Source of the DNA: a virus
Lineage: Duplodnaviria; Caudoviricetes
IMG/VR virus record: IMGVR_UViG_3300037234_000222
Coordinates: 1-52,588 of that record
Direction: 5' to 3' (one strand)
Length of the DNA stretch: 52,588 nucleotides
Shown: piece by piece, positions 8,388 to 17,656 of the stretch
Layout of the letters: each line of letters begins with the position of its first letter
Position numbering within the stretch: the first letter of the stretch is position 1
Made by a program: the position numbers and the translations under genes
Notes under the pieces: generated by a model
What the model was told of the DNA's origin: nothing
What the model saw: the letters and a program-made list of their open reading frames with translations, nothing else
The model's database searches: none

Positions 8388-9798
8388 CTTTTCCTTTTAT
8401 ATTATTCTGTTTTAGAGCTTCAGTTTTCTTTTCCATTTCTTCTTGCTCCATTTCGTCAATCTCTTCCAGACTCTTCCTATCGCCCTCTTCAAGTCTCATA
8501 GATGTGTAATCAGGTACACGCCCTGCAAATCTTGCGTTAGAAACCTCATTTGGGCTAAGGTTTCCCTCTTGTTGATAAATTTGATCAGCTTGGGCTACTT
8601 TAAGCCGCATCTCAGCTTCCTGTAGCGGGTCAAGTTGCTCAAGTGACCTAAACCTAAACCCAACCTTATCAGGGTCAAACCCCATGTAGGTTGAAATAAT
8701 CTTAAGCCATTGCCTAATAGCCGGGGCATAGTTCATCTTTTGGCGAGCTAGAATCCAGTCTTGAAAGTTTTTCCTACTCCCTTCAATAATATCTGCACCC
8801 ATTGACCCGCTTTCGCCCGTGTATAGCTTGTCATAAGGAACCCTTGATGAACTAGATACTCGCTTAGGGTAAGAGTCCATAAGTTCGACTAGGCCAGCTA
8901 TAGGGATGCTTGTCACCTCGAATTCCTCACCAGCCCCATATACTGCAACATTATTGATCCCCATCCTTTGGAAGAGATTTGACATCCTCTTACGGATTGC
9001 CCCAAGGATAGAGTCGTCTTTTGCCCCCTTCCATTTTTCCATGTTGGGGGATTTAAATTTGTATTGCCAGAACTTTTGAAAGGCTTCTGAACCCGTATCG
9101 CTCCCTACCGTATCTTTTCGAATGTCGTTGAAGATATGGGTCAATGTAGGTTCGCTCCAACCATGGTTAAAGGCTTGGTTTTGAATTCCTGTGAATGGAC
9201 CTGTGAACCTGATCACTCTTGAGAAGTGAACCGTTTCAGAGAATGCAGTTGAATAGTATGGGATAGCCGCCCGGTATTTCCTTGGCTTGCTGTAGTTCTC
9301 ATTGAACATATCGTTTTCAATGTCGAGTGGGGTCATTTGCCACCTATCCCCAACCTGAATATTGATTACCCCCTTTGAATTATTTAGCTCTTGATCATAT
9401 TGGTCTGAGCCATCATCCATTGTGAATATAAGGCCCCCACCACCTGACTTTCCAGCTTCGATCAGGGCTTTATAGTTCCATACTTCCCAATCAAGCCGCT
9501 CTAGTTCTTCCTCAATCTCATCAATCAGGGTTTCATCTTGTTCATCAGAGACAAAGAAATCAACCCCGCCCTTGATCATTTCCCATGCTGGAATGTCAAT
9601 TACGTTTCTAGCGGTTCCATTCTCTTGATATAACGCCTCAATTGTGTTCCTGCCAAGGAATAGACGTTGGGTCACCCCTGTTTGCTGAATAGTTGACCTC
9701 TCCCCACCAAATCCATTTGTGGAGTTGTAGAAATTATCTAATCTTTCAGCTTGCTTGTTCAATTCTTCAACCCAGTCATTTTTATCTTTTTTGGCCAT
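8374..9798 (-). CDS. portal protein (DUF1073 type)
   Basis: LYQENGTARNVIDIPA.EM, VHFSRVIRF, VP..KLYTGE.G, FRSL.Q....EAE.R.K.AQAD.IY. Confidence 0.9.
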   Translation of the reverse strand: MAKKDKNDWVEELNKQAERLDNFYNSTNGFGGERSTIQQTGVTQRLFLGRNTIEALYQENGTARNVIDIPAWEMIKGGVDFFVSDEQDETLIDEIEEELERLDWEVWNYKALIEAGKSGGGGLIFTMDDGSDQYDQELNNSKGVINIQVGDRWQMTPLDIENDMFNENYSKPRKYRAAIPYYSTAFSETVHFSRVIRFTGPFTGIQNQAFNHGWSEPTLTHIFNDIRKDTVGSDTGSEAFQKFWQYKFKSPNMEKWKGAKDDSILGAIRKRMSNLFQRMGINNVAVYGAGEEFEVTSIPIAGLVELMDSYPKRVSSSSRVPYDKLYTGESGSMGADIIEGSRKNFQDWILARQKMNYAPAIRQWLKIISTYMGFDPDKVGFRFRSLEQLDPLQEAEMRLKVAQADQIYQQEGNLSPNEVSNARFAGRVPDYTSMRLEEGDRKSLEEIDEMEQEEMEKKTEALKQNNIKGKDAEK

Positions 9799-9804
9799 GC
9801 AAAT

Positions 9805-9833
9805 ATGCTAGATTGTTTTAATGAATAAATCAA
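9805..9833 (-). promoter_or_regulatory. sigma70-like promoter TTGATT-17-TAGCAT for the portal operon
   Basis: aatcaa 9828-9833, atgcta 9805-9810; ATG 6 nt downstream. Confidence 0.5.
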
Positions 9834-9870
9834 GAGGTAAAAAGAATATTGCAGAAAGATTATTATTTAG

Positions 9871-9899
9871 TTGACAATTGTTCCTCTATGGTAGAGTAT
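9871..9899 (+). promoter_or_regulatory. promoter TTGACA-17-GAGTAT for the plus-strand cassette
   Basis: Perfect -35 preceded by AT-rich tract; same GAnTAT -10 type as three minus-strand promoters. Confidence 0.6.
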
Positions 9900-9926
9900 G
9901 AACTATAACTTTTAAAAGAGGATTAA

Positions 9927-10151
9927 ATGAAAGAGTTGAAATGGGTTAGTGTTAAGGATCGGTTGCCTGATAAGTTCACCCCTGTCCTTGTGGCGGTTTG
10001 TCCAAAACTCAGCATGTCACAAGTCAATATTGCGGTTTTAGATAATAAAAGCATTTTCGAGGTACTGGATGAGAAGGGGAATCATGCTGACTTCATAACC
10101 CACTGGAAAGATCTTCCAGAACTGCCAAAAGAGGACGAATGCAAATCCTAG
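9927..10151 (+). CDS. DUF551-family protein
   Basis: WVSVKDRLP...VLV...ITHW..LPE.P. Confidence 0.85.
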   Translation: MKELKWVSVKDRLPDKFTPVLVAVCPKLSMSQVNIAVLDNKSIFEVLDEKGNHADFITHWKDLPELPKEDECKS

Positions 10152-10372
10152 AACACCACCCCAACAAAACAAACGGCCTAAAGAGAACCAGAATCATCAT
10201 TAAGTCACTTGGAAAGGTGGTGGATGATTTCACAATACCAAAGTATCAGGCTGTCAAATATTGCCGGGCGCATCCTAATGGGAAGTACGGTAAAAGATTC
10301 GCATTAGCTGAGGAGATCGCTAAGAAGCGGGATGAATGGCTTAAGGAGATGGAGAAGAATGAGAAAATTTAG
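10139..10372 (+). CDS. hypothetical protein
   Basis: GAGG RBS, overlapping chain of small ORFs. Confidence 0.55.
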   Translation: MQILEHHPNKTNGLKRTRIIIKSLGKVVDDFTIPKYQAVKYCRAHPNGKYGKRFALAEEIAKKRDEWLKEMEKNEKI

Positions 10373-10529
10373 AACTGAGGAGTCGCCTACGCCTTGTGGG
10401 GAGTGTGAGTGTTACCATAATCACCACCTAGCATATTATTATCAGTGCAAAGCTGGGAGATGTCTTGTTCTTTTCAAGGGCGAAACCATTAGGTTATGCA
10501 AAGACTTTAGGAGGAAAGATGGAAATTAA
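10359..10529 (+). CDS. small Cys-rich protein
   Basis: CGEC..C...C...C; GGAG RBS. Confidence 0.45.
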   Translation: MRKFRTEESPTPCGECECYHNHHLAYYYQCKAGRCLVLFKGETIRLCKDFRRKDGN

Positions 10530-10713
10530 ATGGAAAAGACAAGAAAACGACCTACCAGAACATTGTGAAGAAGTCTGGGTTCTGCGTGTAGATGGAAGCG
10601 TTGATACAGATTGCTTTTATAATTATAACGGGTGGAGAGAGTACAGTAAATCAAAAGTAATCGCATGGGCCAGCATCCCAAAGAAAGAAGACATTATACA
10701 GGATATTTCATGA
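10519..10713 (+). CDS. DUF551-like protein (paralog of 26182-26385)
   Basis: W.....LPEHCEEV...CFY...GW...VIAWA.IP. Confidence 0.6.
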   Translation: MEIKWKRQENDLPEHCEEVWVLRVDGSVDTDCFYNYNGWREYSKSKVIAWASIPKKEDIIQDIS

Positions 10714-10913
10714 AAGCAAAACTAACAATTGAGCCGGGGTGTGAAGCTGGCAGTTTGTATTGTGGGGAGTGTCGGAATCTAGGGGATATTGGATATTTCT
10801 CTTGTGATCAGTTTTCAACAAAACAAAGCATGATGAGAGTTCTTCGTTCAAAACAAGGAAAACCTAAACGCTGCCAACCCTGCCTAGATGCAGAACAAAA
10901 GGAGGAGAAATGA
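10710..10913 (+). CDS. Cys-rich small protein (paralog of 17653-17979 and 33157-33477)
   Basis: KLTI...C...SLYCGEC...C...RCQPCLDAE. Confidence 0.6.
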   Translation: MKAKLTIEPGCEAGSLYCGECRNLGDIGYFSCDQFSTKQSMMRVLRSKQGKPKRCQPCLDAEQKEEK

Positions 10914-11161
10914 TTGACCCAACTACTGCGTGGACTATAATTATTTGTGGAGTGCTTTTTTGCTTACTCGTTTTCTTATTCCAATGTAGTTACGGACTTG
11001 GGCTATCGTATATACTCGTATGTTTTATTGTTATGGTATCTCTTATTTTTTCCTTTGCAGATTATTCAAAGCAAAAAACAGGTAGTTATATTACAATAAC
11101 TTGTTCTCAGAAATGCGTTTCTAAAATTCTTTCTAACTTGGAGAAATCACATGAAAATTAA
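10910..11161 (+). CDS. small membrane protein
   Basis: Two hydrophobic helices; GGAG RBS. Confidence 0.5.
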   Translation: MIDPTTAWTIIICGVLFCLLVFLFQCSYGLGLSYILVCFIVMVSLIFSFADYSKQKTGSYITITCSQKCVSKILSNLEKSHEN

Positions 11162-11420
11162 ATTACTAACCGCAATCCTGCTCTTGTGGGGTTGTGTTGC
11201 TTTTGGGGGTGAGGTTCAAGACAAGGTGGCCTCTTTTACTCTTGAATGTATTAAAAACGGAAATCCAATGTCAGATGAGGAACCTGAAGATTTAATTAAG
11301 GAATGCAAAAGAACAGCATTTGCTATCTATTGTGTTGTAAACTGGGCTGGCGTGCCTGATTGTGCATACAAAAAGAAGGCAGTTGTACCTAAGACCTGTG
11401 GGGGTAAAGATGGCAACTGA
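11151..11420 (+). CDS. secreted Cys-containing protein
   Basis: Signal peptide; CIKNGNPMSDEEPEDLIKEC motif. Confidence 0.55.
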   Translation: MKIKLLTAILLLWGCVAFGGEVQDKVASFTLECIKNGNPMSDEEPEDLIKECKRTAFAIYCVVNWAGVPDCAYKKKAVVPKTCGGKDGN

Positions 11421-11562
11421 CCACGCAAAAAGACAGCTCAAATCAATGGCTGCAAAGAACAAATATTGGAATTACCAAGATAAGCCCTATAGAGGGTTTA
11501 AAATTACTCGTGAGGCGTTGAATGAGCGGGTTGAAGAATTTAAACTTAGGAAGGGGAAGTAG
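11410..11562 (+). CDS. small protein with SutA-like C-terminal helix
   Basis: TREALNERVEEFKLRKGK. Confidence 0.4.
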   Translation: MATDHAKRQLKSMAAKNKYWNYQDKPYRGFKITREALNERVEEFKLRKGK

Positions 11563-11563
11563 G

Positions 11564-12013
11564 ATGAAAATTTATTGTTGTGATTGTGGGAAGAAAGTAT
11601 CTGCAAGGCTAACGGATGGAAAAGAAGTATATCCGCACAGGAAAGACCTCTGCAAATTGCCTTTCTGGAAATGCGATTCATGTGGTAACTTTGTTGGATG
11701 CCACCATAAAACAGGAAACAGAACGGCCCCGCTTGGTGTAATTCCAAGCCAAGAAATCAAAGAGATTAGAAAAGAGATTCATACTATTATTGATCCTCTT
11801 TGGCAGGAAATGGATATTGACAGGTCTGATATTTACTCTAAAATTAGTGACAAATTAGGCTACGAGTATCACACAGCAAACATTAGAACCGCCAAAGAAG
11901 GTGAGAAAATATTAAGTATTGTAAATGAACTGTGTAGGCAAGATTTCACAAGTAATTCAATGAAAAGATTAACCTCATACGCAATGCTAGGGTCAGCTTT
12001 CTTAGGCGATTAA
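11564..12013 (+). CDS. DUF3268-like zinc-finger protein
   Basis: CCDCG....L.DG.E.YP.R.DL....FW.C..C..FVGCH.....PLG. Confidence 0.8.
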   Translation: MKIYCCDCGKKVSARLTDGKEVYPHRKDLCKLPFWKCDSCGNFVGCHHKTGNRTAPLGVIPSQEIKEIRKEIHTIIDPLWQEMDIDRSDIYSKISDKLGYEYHTANIRTAKEGEKILSIVNELCRQDFTSNSMKRLTSYAMLGSAFLGD

Positions 12014-13719
12014 TCCCACCCCGCAAGCTCAACAGCATAATACCTAGCCAAATTTGCGAGGGCAAGTGAATCCCCATCATCAGGGGAGCCTTGCCCGGTT
12101 CTATCCTTGTATTCCTTTTTGGATTCAATCATCATTTTAGAATCGTTCTTTGAATGCACCATCATGATTGTTGGTAGCTGTTCAAGGTAAATTGTGTACT
12201 CAGGATTCAAGCAGAGCTGGCCCATTTCTTTACCGCCGCCCTTGGCCATGAATCTGCCTAGACCATATCCTTTTAGATCGGTTGATAGCTGGTCAAACAT
12301 CTTGGCCTTGATGTTTTGATAGTGCGCCCGGTCCTGTTCAACTGCCCTGTCTTCTTCATGTGTCTTATCCTTTAATGCAAAGTCATCAGCCCACCCAAAA
12401 TAGTACTTATCAAATGAAGTAGACCCGAAAGGAACATCAAAAACCATACATTCATCTAAAAGGCCCTCATACCGCTCTATATACTCTTTGAATAGCTCGG
12501 CCTGTTCAGGGTATCGCCAAGGCTCAATAATTGCCCTCAGAGCATCGTAAACGCCGGGGTTATATCCGGGGTCGACTGCAATTCTCGTTTTCCTTAGTTT
12601 TGGCCACTTGTCACCCTCTAGCCTGTGATAATCGCTTTCAACCAAGAATTCAAAGAACGCCTTTACAACTTGAAAGGTATCATTCCCGTGGAGGGTTTCT
12701 TTTGCCGATTGTTGCCAGCCTAGAATATCTGTGAAGACGGTGCTATCTGATCCGTACCGGGCAACATCCACCCCGATATATCTTAAATCGTCATTATCGA
12801 TCTCATAGGTGTTAGCCATGGAATCACGAACCACTGATTCAGGAATTAGAACGGTTGCATCCTCATCAGGGAATCGGCCTAGAACTTTGGACTGGAAGTC
12901 AGGGTGTTCAGCCCCCTTATCAATCAAAAGCTCAATGCCGAACTGGACGGTAATCAAATGGTGATTATCCACCTTATAATTATTCATCCGCTCAAGAGCA
13001 TCATCCTGATTCAAGGTCGTCAAATAGTCACGCTCTGCAATCAAGTCTTCAAGGCAGGTCATGTTGTTTGCAATGTAGTTTGGAGTATCAAAGCAGGTGA
13101 TAAAGATAGTGTGGTATCCAAGCTGTTTTGATCGGCGGTAGGCTTCACAGTTTCTTGTAGTGGGGTTTCCGATCCCGATCAGCTTATCCCTTGAGTTGGA
13201 CAGGATGCCGTCAACCATTCCCCATACTACAGGTTCAATACCTACACACTCATCTAAGATAGCTACTACCCGGTGCTTAGCGTGATACCCCTGCAATGCA
13301 GAGTTGGCACCTTGGCCTAGCCCGGTTGTTACCTTGCGCTGAACTGAGAACCCTTTGGCAAAGGTTTCGTCGTTAATATCCCATTTTGTGTTGGTGAGTT
13401 TTCCTAATTGCCATTCGGGGGGCATGCCGTTATATCTGGCCGCAATCTCTCTCCACAATAAATCTTCAACCTGCCTATGAGTTGGGGCCGTGGTAATGAT
13501 CTTTGAACCGGGGTGGCAAGTGATATACTTGGGAACCAGTGCCCCTAGCCCGTGGGTCTTCCCTACAGCATGGCAAGCGAAGACAAGTACCTTCCTATAC
13601 TTATCGATGGCATGAAAGACTTTCTGCATATATGGTTCAAGCTCTACCCCTTGGATCAATTCGGCGTGGAGGGCTGAATCTTCTATAATTTCGTGTAGGA
13701 CTTGCTCAGGTATTTGCAT
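12010..13719 (-). CDS. terL: terminase large subunit
   Basis: Walker A-like ACHAVGKT, Walker B ILDECVG, IGNPT, nuclease IGVDVARYGSD, C-terminal SPDDGDSLALA. Confidence 0.93.
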   Translation of the reverse strand: MQIPEQVLHEIIEDSALHAELIQGVELEPYMQKVFHAIDKYRKVLVFACHAVGKTHGLGALVPKYITCHPGSKIITTAPTHRQVEDLLWREIAARYNGMPPEWQLGKLTNTKWDINDETFAKGFSVQRKVTTGLGQGANSALQGYHAKHRVVAILDECVGIEPVVWGMVDGILSNSRDKLIGIGNPTTRNCEAYRRSKQLGYHTIFITCFDTPNYIANNMTCLEDLIAERDYLTTLNQDDALERMNNYKVDNHHLITVQFGIELLIDKGAEHPDFQSKVLGRFPDEDATVLIPESVVRDSMANTYEIDNDDLRYIGVDVARYGSDSTVFTDILGWQQSAKETLHGNDTFQVVKAFFEFLVESDYHRLEGDKWPKLRKTRIAVDPGYNPGVYDALRAIIEPWRYPEQAELFKEYIERYEGLLDECMVFDVPFGSTSFDKYYFGWADDFALKDKTHEEDRAVEQDRAHYQNIKAKMFDQLSTDLKGYGLGRFMAKGGGKEMGQLCLNPEYTIYLEQLPTIMMVHSKNDSKMMIESKKEYKDRTGQGSPDDGDSLALANLARYYAVELAGWD

Positions 13720-14007
13720 CTATCTTTTTCTTTTTCGTTTGTACTCAGCCTTTAAAGCTCGTTCAAGATTCTCTTTCACAGCCCTTGCAAGTTCTTGGTT
13801 TTGAGCCTCCAAAGCTACCAGCTTTAAATCCACCGCCCTTTTATTCCACGCTTCAAGTGCCTTCTCTGTAGTCAACTCTGAAACAGCTTGGGCATCGCAT
13901 TTATCGCAGCTATAGAAATACCCATCTGGGGCGTAATCCCCGCCGCTTTCACTATAGCACCCTATCTTTTCAAACCCACAGAATGGGCAAGGTTTGATCT
14001 CTTCCAT
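13720..14007 (-). CDS. Lar-family restriction alleviation protein
   Basis: IKPCPFCG...C..C......A..AWNKR. Confidence 0.8.
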   Translation of the reverse strand: MEEIKPCPFCGFEKIGCYSESGGDYAPDGYFYSCDKCDAQAVSELTTEKALEAWNKRAVDLKLVALEAQNQELARAVKENLERALKAEYKRKRKR

Positions 14008-14588
14008 TACTTCCTCCCATGCAATATGTAGTGCATTGACCCCTTGCTTTTGCCGAACTGCTCGCAAAGTGCTTTAAGGCTCACACCTTCTTTAAATAGT
14101 TTCTTGGCCCTATCCTTGTCAGTTTCGCTCAATGACTTTTGATGTCTTTTAGGTGGGGGTGTATAGCTTGGGTCGTTCCAGCTTACATTCTGGATAATTG
14201 AATAAACTGTTTGGTTTCCAAGTTCATAGTCAAACATGATCCTTGATACCGCATGACCTTTTGAATAAGCCCGTCTTATTTGGCCAGCAATCTTCATTGT
14301 AATCTTGGCTTTTGCACTATTCTGGATATTTACGGCACAAGTTACAAAGCGACAATTACTAGGCTCATAGTTTCCATCGTTATCAATGCGGTCAATCTGT
14401 AAGTCTTCCTTATAATGCTTTACAGCCCATTCAGAGAATGATTCAAAGGATAGCCATTCTTTACAGATGGAGATCCCCCTTCCCCCGTACCTATGAAACA
14501 TCTTATCATTGGGGTTATAGCACCGCTTCTTCATGCCAGACCATACTTGGTAGATAGGTCTATGCCTTGCGCTTGATCTTTCGCTCAT
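14007..14588 (-). CDS. HNH-type homing endonuclease with C-terminal HTH repeats
   Basis: W.GMKKRCYNPN...RYGGRGISIC.EW...IDRIDNDGNYEPSNCRF. Confidence 0.85.
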   Translation of the reverse strand: MSERSSARHRPIYQVWSGMKKRCYNPNDKMFHRYGGRGISICKEWLSFESFSEWAVKHYKEDLQIDRIDNDGNYEPSNCRFVTCAVNIQNSAKAKITMKIAGQIRRAYSKGHAVSRIMFDYELGNQTVYSIIQNVSWNDPSYTPPPKRHQKSLSETDKDRAKKLFKEGVSLKALCEQFGKSKGSMHYILHGRK

Positions 14589-14776
14589 TTTGGGAGTTCC
14601 TCATTAAACTCTTTTTCAAAATCTATTGCCGCTTTCATTGGGCTGTTCCCGAATCCAGCAATCCCCACTTGAAGATTATCGCCATACAGATAACACCATT
14701 GGTCACCATCTTGGGAAGGTTTTATACTAAGAATGGAAACTAGCTCAAGGGCTTTCTTTTCTAGTTCTTCCATCAT
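14585..14776 (-). CDS. conserved hypothetical phage protein
   Basis: DGDQWCYLYGDNLQVGIAGFGNSP motif. Confidence 0.6.
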   Translation of the reverse strand: MMEELEKKALELVSILSIKPSQDGDQWCYLYGDNLQVGIAGFGNSPMKAAIDFEKEFNEELPK

Positions 14777-14930
14777 TCCCCCCTCATGCTACAGCCCAAC
14801 TTATAAGCCCCGTTATGCGCCTTTAAATGCTCGCTATTACACTCTGAATACCCAATGTAGGTAGTATAGCCGATCACTGAGCTTAGGAACATTAAGAAGG
14901 CTAGGGCTGTGATTATTTCTGATTTAGTCA

Positions 14931-15347
14931 TTAGCTGATTTCGATTGGTGGGTACTGGTCTTCTGGGAGCCATTTGATGAAATTTTCAAGACACATGGCA
15001 TCAGCCTTAATCTCTTCACGCCAATATGTCACAGTATGCCCATCACCTTGACTGTATTTGAATAGGGAGGCATAAAGCTTCTTGGCCTTTGGCTTGTTGC
15101 CGATCCATTCTACAATATGGGCAGGTCCGCAAACTACACTATCACCACCTAGAGGTAAATCTATATTATTATTATCCCATGAAACGCAAATTCCAAATTC
15201 CAATGAATTGACGGCTGCAACTATATGTTTGCTATAAAAACAACCTGTTATTGTGCCTAATCCTGCTGTTTCTGATTTAACCCTTGCCTTATCTGTTCCC
15301 AACTCTTCCTTGGTCAGTTGGTCGTAAACTTCTTTAATCGTTATCAT
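14931..15347 (-). CDS. hypothetical protein
   Basis: ORF track; GAGGAG RBS. Confidence 0.5.
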   Translation of the reverse strand: MITIKEVYDQLTKEELGTDKARVKSETAGLGTITGCFYSKHIVAAVNSLEFGICVSWDNNNIDLPLGGDSVVCGPAHIVEWIGNKPKAKKLYASLFKYSQGDGHTVTYWREEIKADAMCLENFIKWLPEDQYPPIEIS

Positions 15348-15569
15348 TATTCTCCTCTAGATTCTGGCATACCAATCCAATATCTTACTGGACTTCTAAA
15401 TGGTCGCATTTTTTCATCAAGAAATTCTTTACCATCAAAGTACGACTGAAGTGTAATTTTTCTGTCACACTTCCACACATGCTTATTATTTGGAAGAACC
15501 ACATAAAGCCCTGCCTTGGTTGGGGGGGGGGTCATTCCCGCAATTCCAACCGTTGTTATTTTTCTCCAT
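15347..15569 (-). pseudogene. DUF551-like gene split by a 10-nt poly-C tract (frameshifted or phase variable)
   Basis: Strong GGAGGAGG RBS and ATG 15569 (MEKNNNGWNCGND) is one base out of frame with PPPTKAGLYVV...VRYWIGMPE; G10 at 15522-15531. Confidence 0.5.
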
Positions 15570-15810
15570 TTTCCTCCTCCTCTAATTAGTTCCGCTAAAA
15601 TAGTGTACCAAGTATTGGGGGATTAATCAATCATTATTGACATCCTCTTTTTGATAACGTCCTTTAATGGCTGAATAAATAGCAATAGCTTCAAGAAAGA
15701 TCGCCCTTTCATAGTCTCCGCTTGCGGCCATAATACATGCAAAAATAACTGATACCGTTTCAGTACCCACCCAAATATAAATCATGCTTCTTCTCCTCTA
15801 GTTTAGTGTA

Positions 15811-16524
15811 TTAGTTAATCTCCACACCATGCTTCTCTTTAGCATAGCTTTTAAGTTTGCCGTAAAGATCGGTTTGATCCTTTTGGTTATCGGTTTCTTT
15901 GGCCTTGTTCATGGCGATCGCTTTATGCTCAATGGCCCTCAGTTTGTACTGCTCATCAAGGGTTACTAGGGCTTTGACCTGTTCGCTGTCTACCACTGCA
16001 ACCTGTTTGAATATCTTTAGGGCCTTCTCTGTTGCGCCTACTAGGGTGGATATAGCGTTAGCCTCTTCCATGGTGATACCTTCATCATCAGCTTGCTTAT
16101 CGATGCGCTCTAGCTGCTTTCGGGTAATGTTGGACATGTAAAGAAATATCTTAGAACCGTTCTCAAAGCCCTTAAGCCCATCCTGCATACACTCGTTAAT
16201 GATCTTGGTTGCCTCTTCGGGTCTTTCCGTTCCACCCCTTCCAGATAGGACTATTACCTGATTGGCCTGTTTGATCTCCTTCTTAACCTCTTCAAGTTTC
16301 TTCTTTGCCTTGCCTATGTTTTGGCGGTCTACATGCTCTTGAGCTAGGTCTCTCCACTTGGATGCTTCTTGCCTAAACCGACCGAATGAGAAAGGTAGTC
16401 TCTTCTCCTCAAAGAAGGCTTTTGCGTTAACCTCGTTCCTTTCCTTGCACCACTTATAGAAAGTTAATTCTAAGGCTCTCCAATCCCCTTGGTTGTATCG
16501 TTTCTTCTTCTTTTTCTCTGCCAA
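15811..16524 (-). CDS. probable terminase small subunit
   Basis: Basic N-terminus, helical, upstream of terL, own consensus promoter, GAGGTG RBS with TTG start; position-based call. Confidence 0.55.
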   Translation of the reverse strand: MAEKKKKKRYNQGDWRALELTFYKWCKERNEVNAKAFFEEKRLPFSFGRFRQEASKWRDLAQEHVDRQNIGKAKKKLEEVKKEIKQANQVIVLSGRGGTERPEEATKIINECMQDGLKGFENGSKIFLYMSNITRKQLERIDKQADDEGITMEEANAISTLVGATEKALKIFKQVAVVDSEQVKALVTLDEQYKLRAIEHKAIAMNKAKETDNQKDQTDLYGKLKSYAKEKHGVEIN

Positions 16525-16563
16525 ACTAGCACCTCAGTTTATAAAACTAGCATATTTGTGCTA

Positions 16564-16592
16564 ATTATAAATGGCCGTGCTAGTTTTGTCAA
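16564..16592 (-). promoter_or_regulatory. perfect sigma70 promoter TTGACA-17-TATAAT overlapped by AAACTAGCA repeats
   Basis: tgtcaa 16587-16592, attata 16564-16569. Confidence 0.8.
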
Positions 16593-16630
16593 TTGGGTAA
16601 TATTGCTTTCGATTGATATGCAAGTTTATT

Positions 16631-16954
16631 TTACCCTTCTTTTGTGCTAATTTGGGATACAGCCTTATCCATAAAGTCTTTTACTGAGTTCAAAACAAAC
16701 TTATCAGCCTTGTCAAATTCACCTACCCCACATATAAGAGTCCCAATTCCTTTACTGGGCTTCCTTGAGTAAGCGGAAACGTGAACCCTTATCTGCCCGT
16801 CATCTTTTGAGTCAATCGTCACCATAAACGGCCCCATGGACCCAAGGTAAGCAGGCCATAGACCGCAAATGTTATTCATCCTCATTCCGAACCCAGCAAT
16901 CTTCCTATTCTTGCCTTTGAATTTAACTAAGTCTTCCTTTGCATTCTCATTCAT
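16631..16954 (-). CDS. hypothetical protein with its own promoter (TTGATT-17-TAAAAT at 16966-16994)
   Basis: ORF track plus promoter match. Confidence 0.55.
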   Translation of the reverse strand: MNENAKEDLVKFKGKNRKIAGFGMRMNNICGLWPAYLGSMGPFMVTIDSKDDGQIRVHVSAYSRKPSKGIGTLICGVGEFDKADKFVLNSVKDFMDKAVSQISTKEG

Positions 16955-17021
16955 CTATTTACCTTATTTTACAGTACAAATTCATTAAAATCAAGTGTAA
17001 TAAAGTCATTACAGCAAGCTA

Positions 17022-17357
17022 TCATCCCTTTGCCAGTGCAATAAGAGCTAGGGCGAAGGCTTGATCTACATCTTCTTTTAGTTCTTTCTCTTCCATGATT
17101 TTGGATACCATATTGAAGCATTGATTTACGGATACCATATCAAGTAGCTGGCAATTGCAGCGTAACATTTCCGGCCAGCATTCTTGGGCTGTGGGTTTGG
17201 GACCGACCTCTTCCCAATTTGATTCTGGCTTCGATCTCCCACCACTATGGATTCCTAACATGGGGTGTTTTCTGATCCACTCCTTAGCCCCCTGACAAAG
17301 CCCAAGGCTCTGGAGTTTTTCTGCAATATCGATGTCGATTTGTTCTGGCTGGATCAT
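17022..17357 (-). CDS. hypothetical protein
   Basis: ORF track, ATGA-coupled chain. Confidence 0.5.
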   Translation of the reverse strand: MIQPEQIDIDIAEKLQSLGLCQGAKEWIRKHPMLGIHSGGRSKPESNWEEVGPKPTAQECWPEMLRCNCQLLDMVSVNQCFNMVSKIMEEKELKEDVDQAFALALIALAKG

Positions 17358-17656
17358 AGCAATGGCTCCATTGAATTAGGTTTTGTAAATTTCCAATCTT
17401 TAAATTGAGCGTTCCACTCTTCGATTGGTGTGAATAGGCCATGGTCACATTCAATATTGTTTTCAAACCACGTAATGGATGAACCCCCTCCCATAGCCTC
17501 AAGTATTTCGTTACCGTTTTTTATTGTAAACTGCCCAACTGCATCTTTGTCTTCATTAAAGATCGTGCAGCCTTGAGATTGAAGTATCATAACTTTTCTG
17601 GCAAATGTTTCGGCGTTATTCCATCTCTCTTTTATTTGTTCTGGTGTTGGGGTCAT
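17354..17656 (-). CDS. hypothetical protein
   Basis: ORF track, ATGA-coupled chain. Confidence 0.5.
   Translation of the reverse strand: MTPTPEQIKERWNNAETFARKVMILQSQGCTIFNEDKDAVGQFTIKNGNEILEAMGGGSSITWFENNIECDHGLFTPIEEWNAQFKDWKFTKPNSMEPLL

Noticed and set aside
8374-9798. Possible anti-CBASS Acb1 label for the DUF1073 protein
   Set aside because: Size, motifs and position fit a portal; no paired HxT 2H-phosphoesterase motifs noticed.
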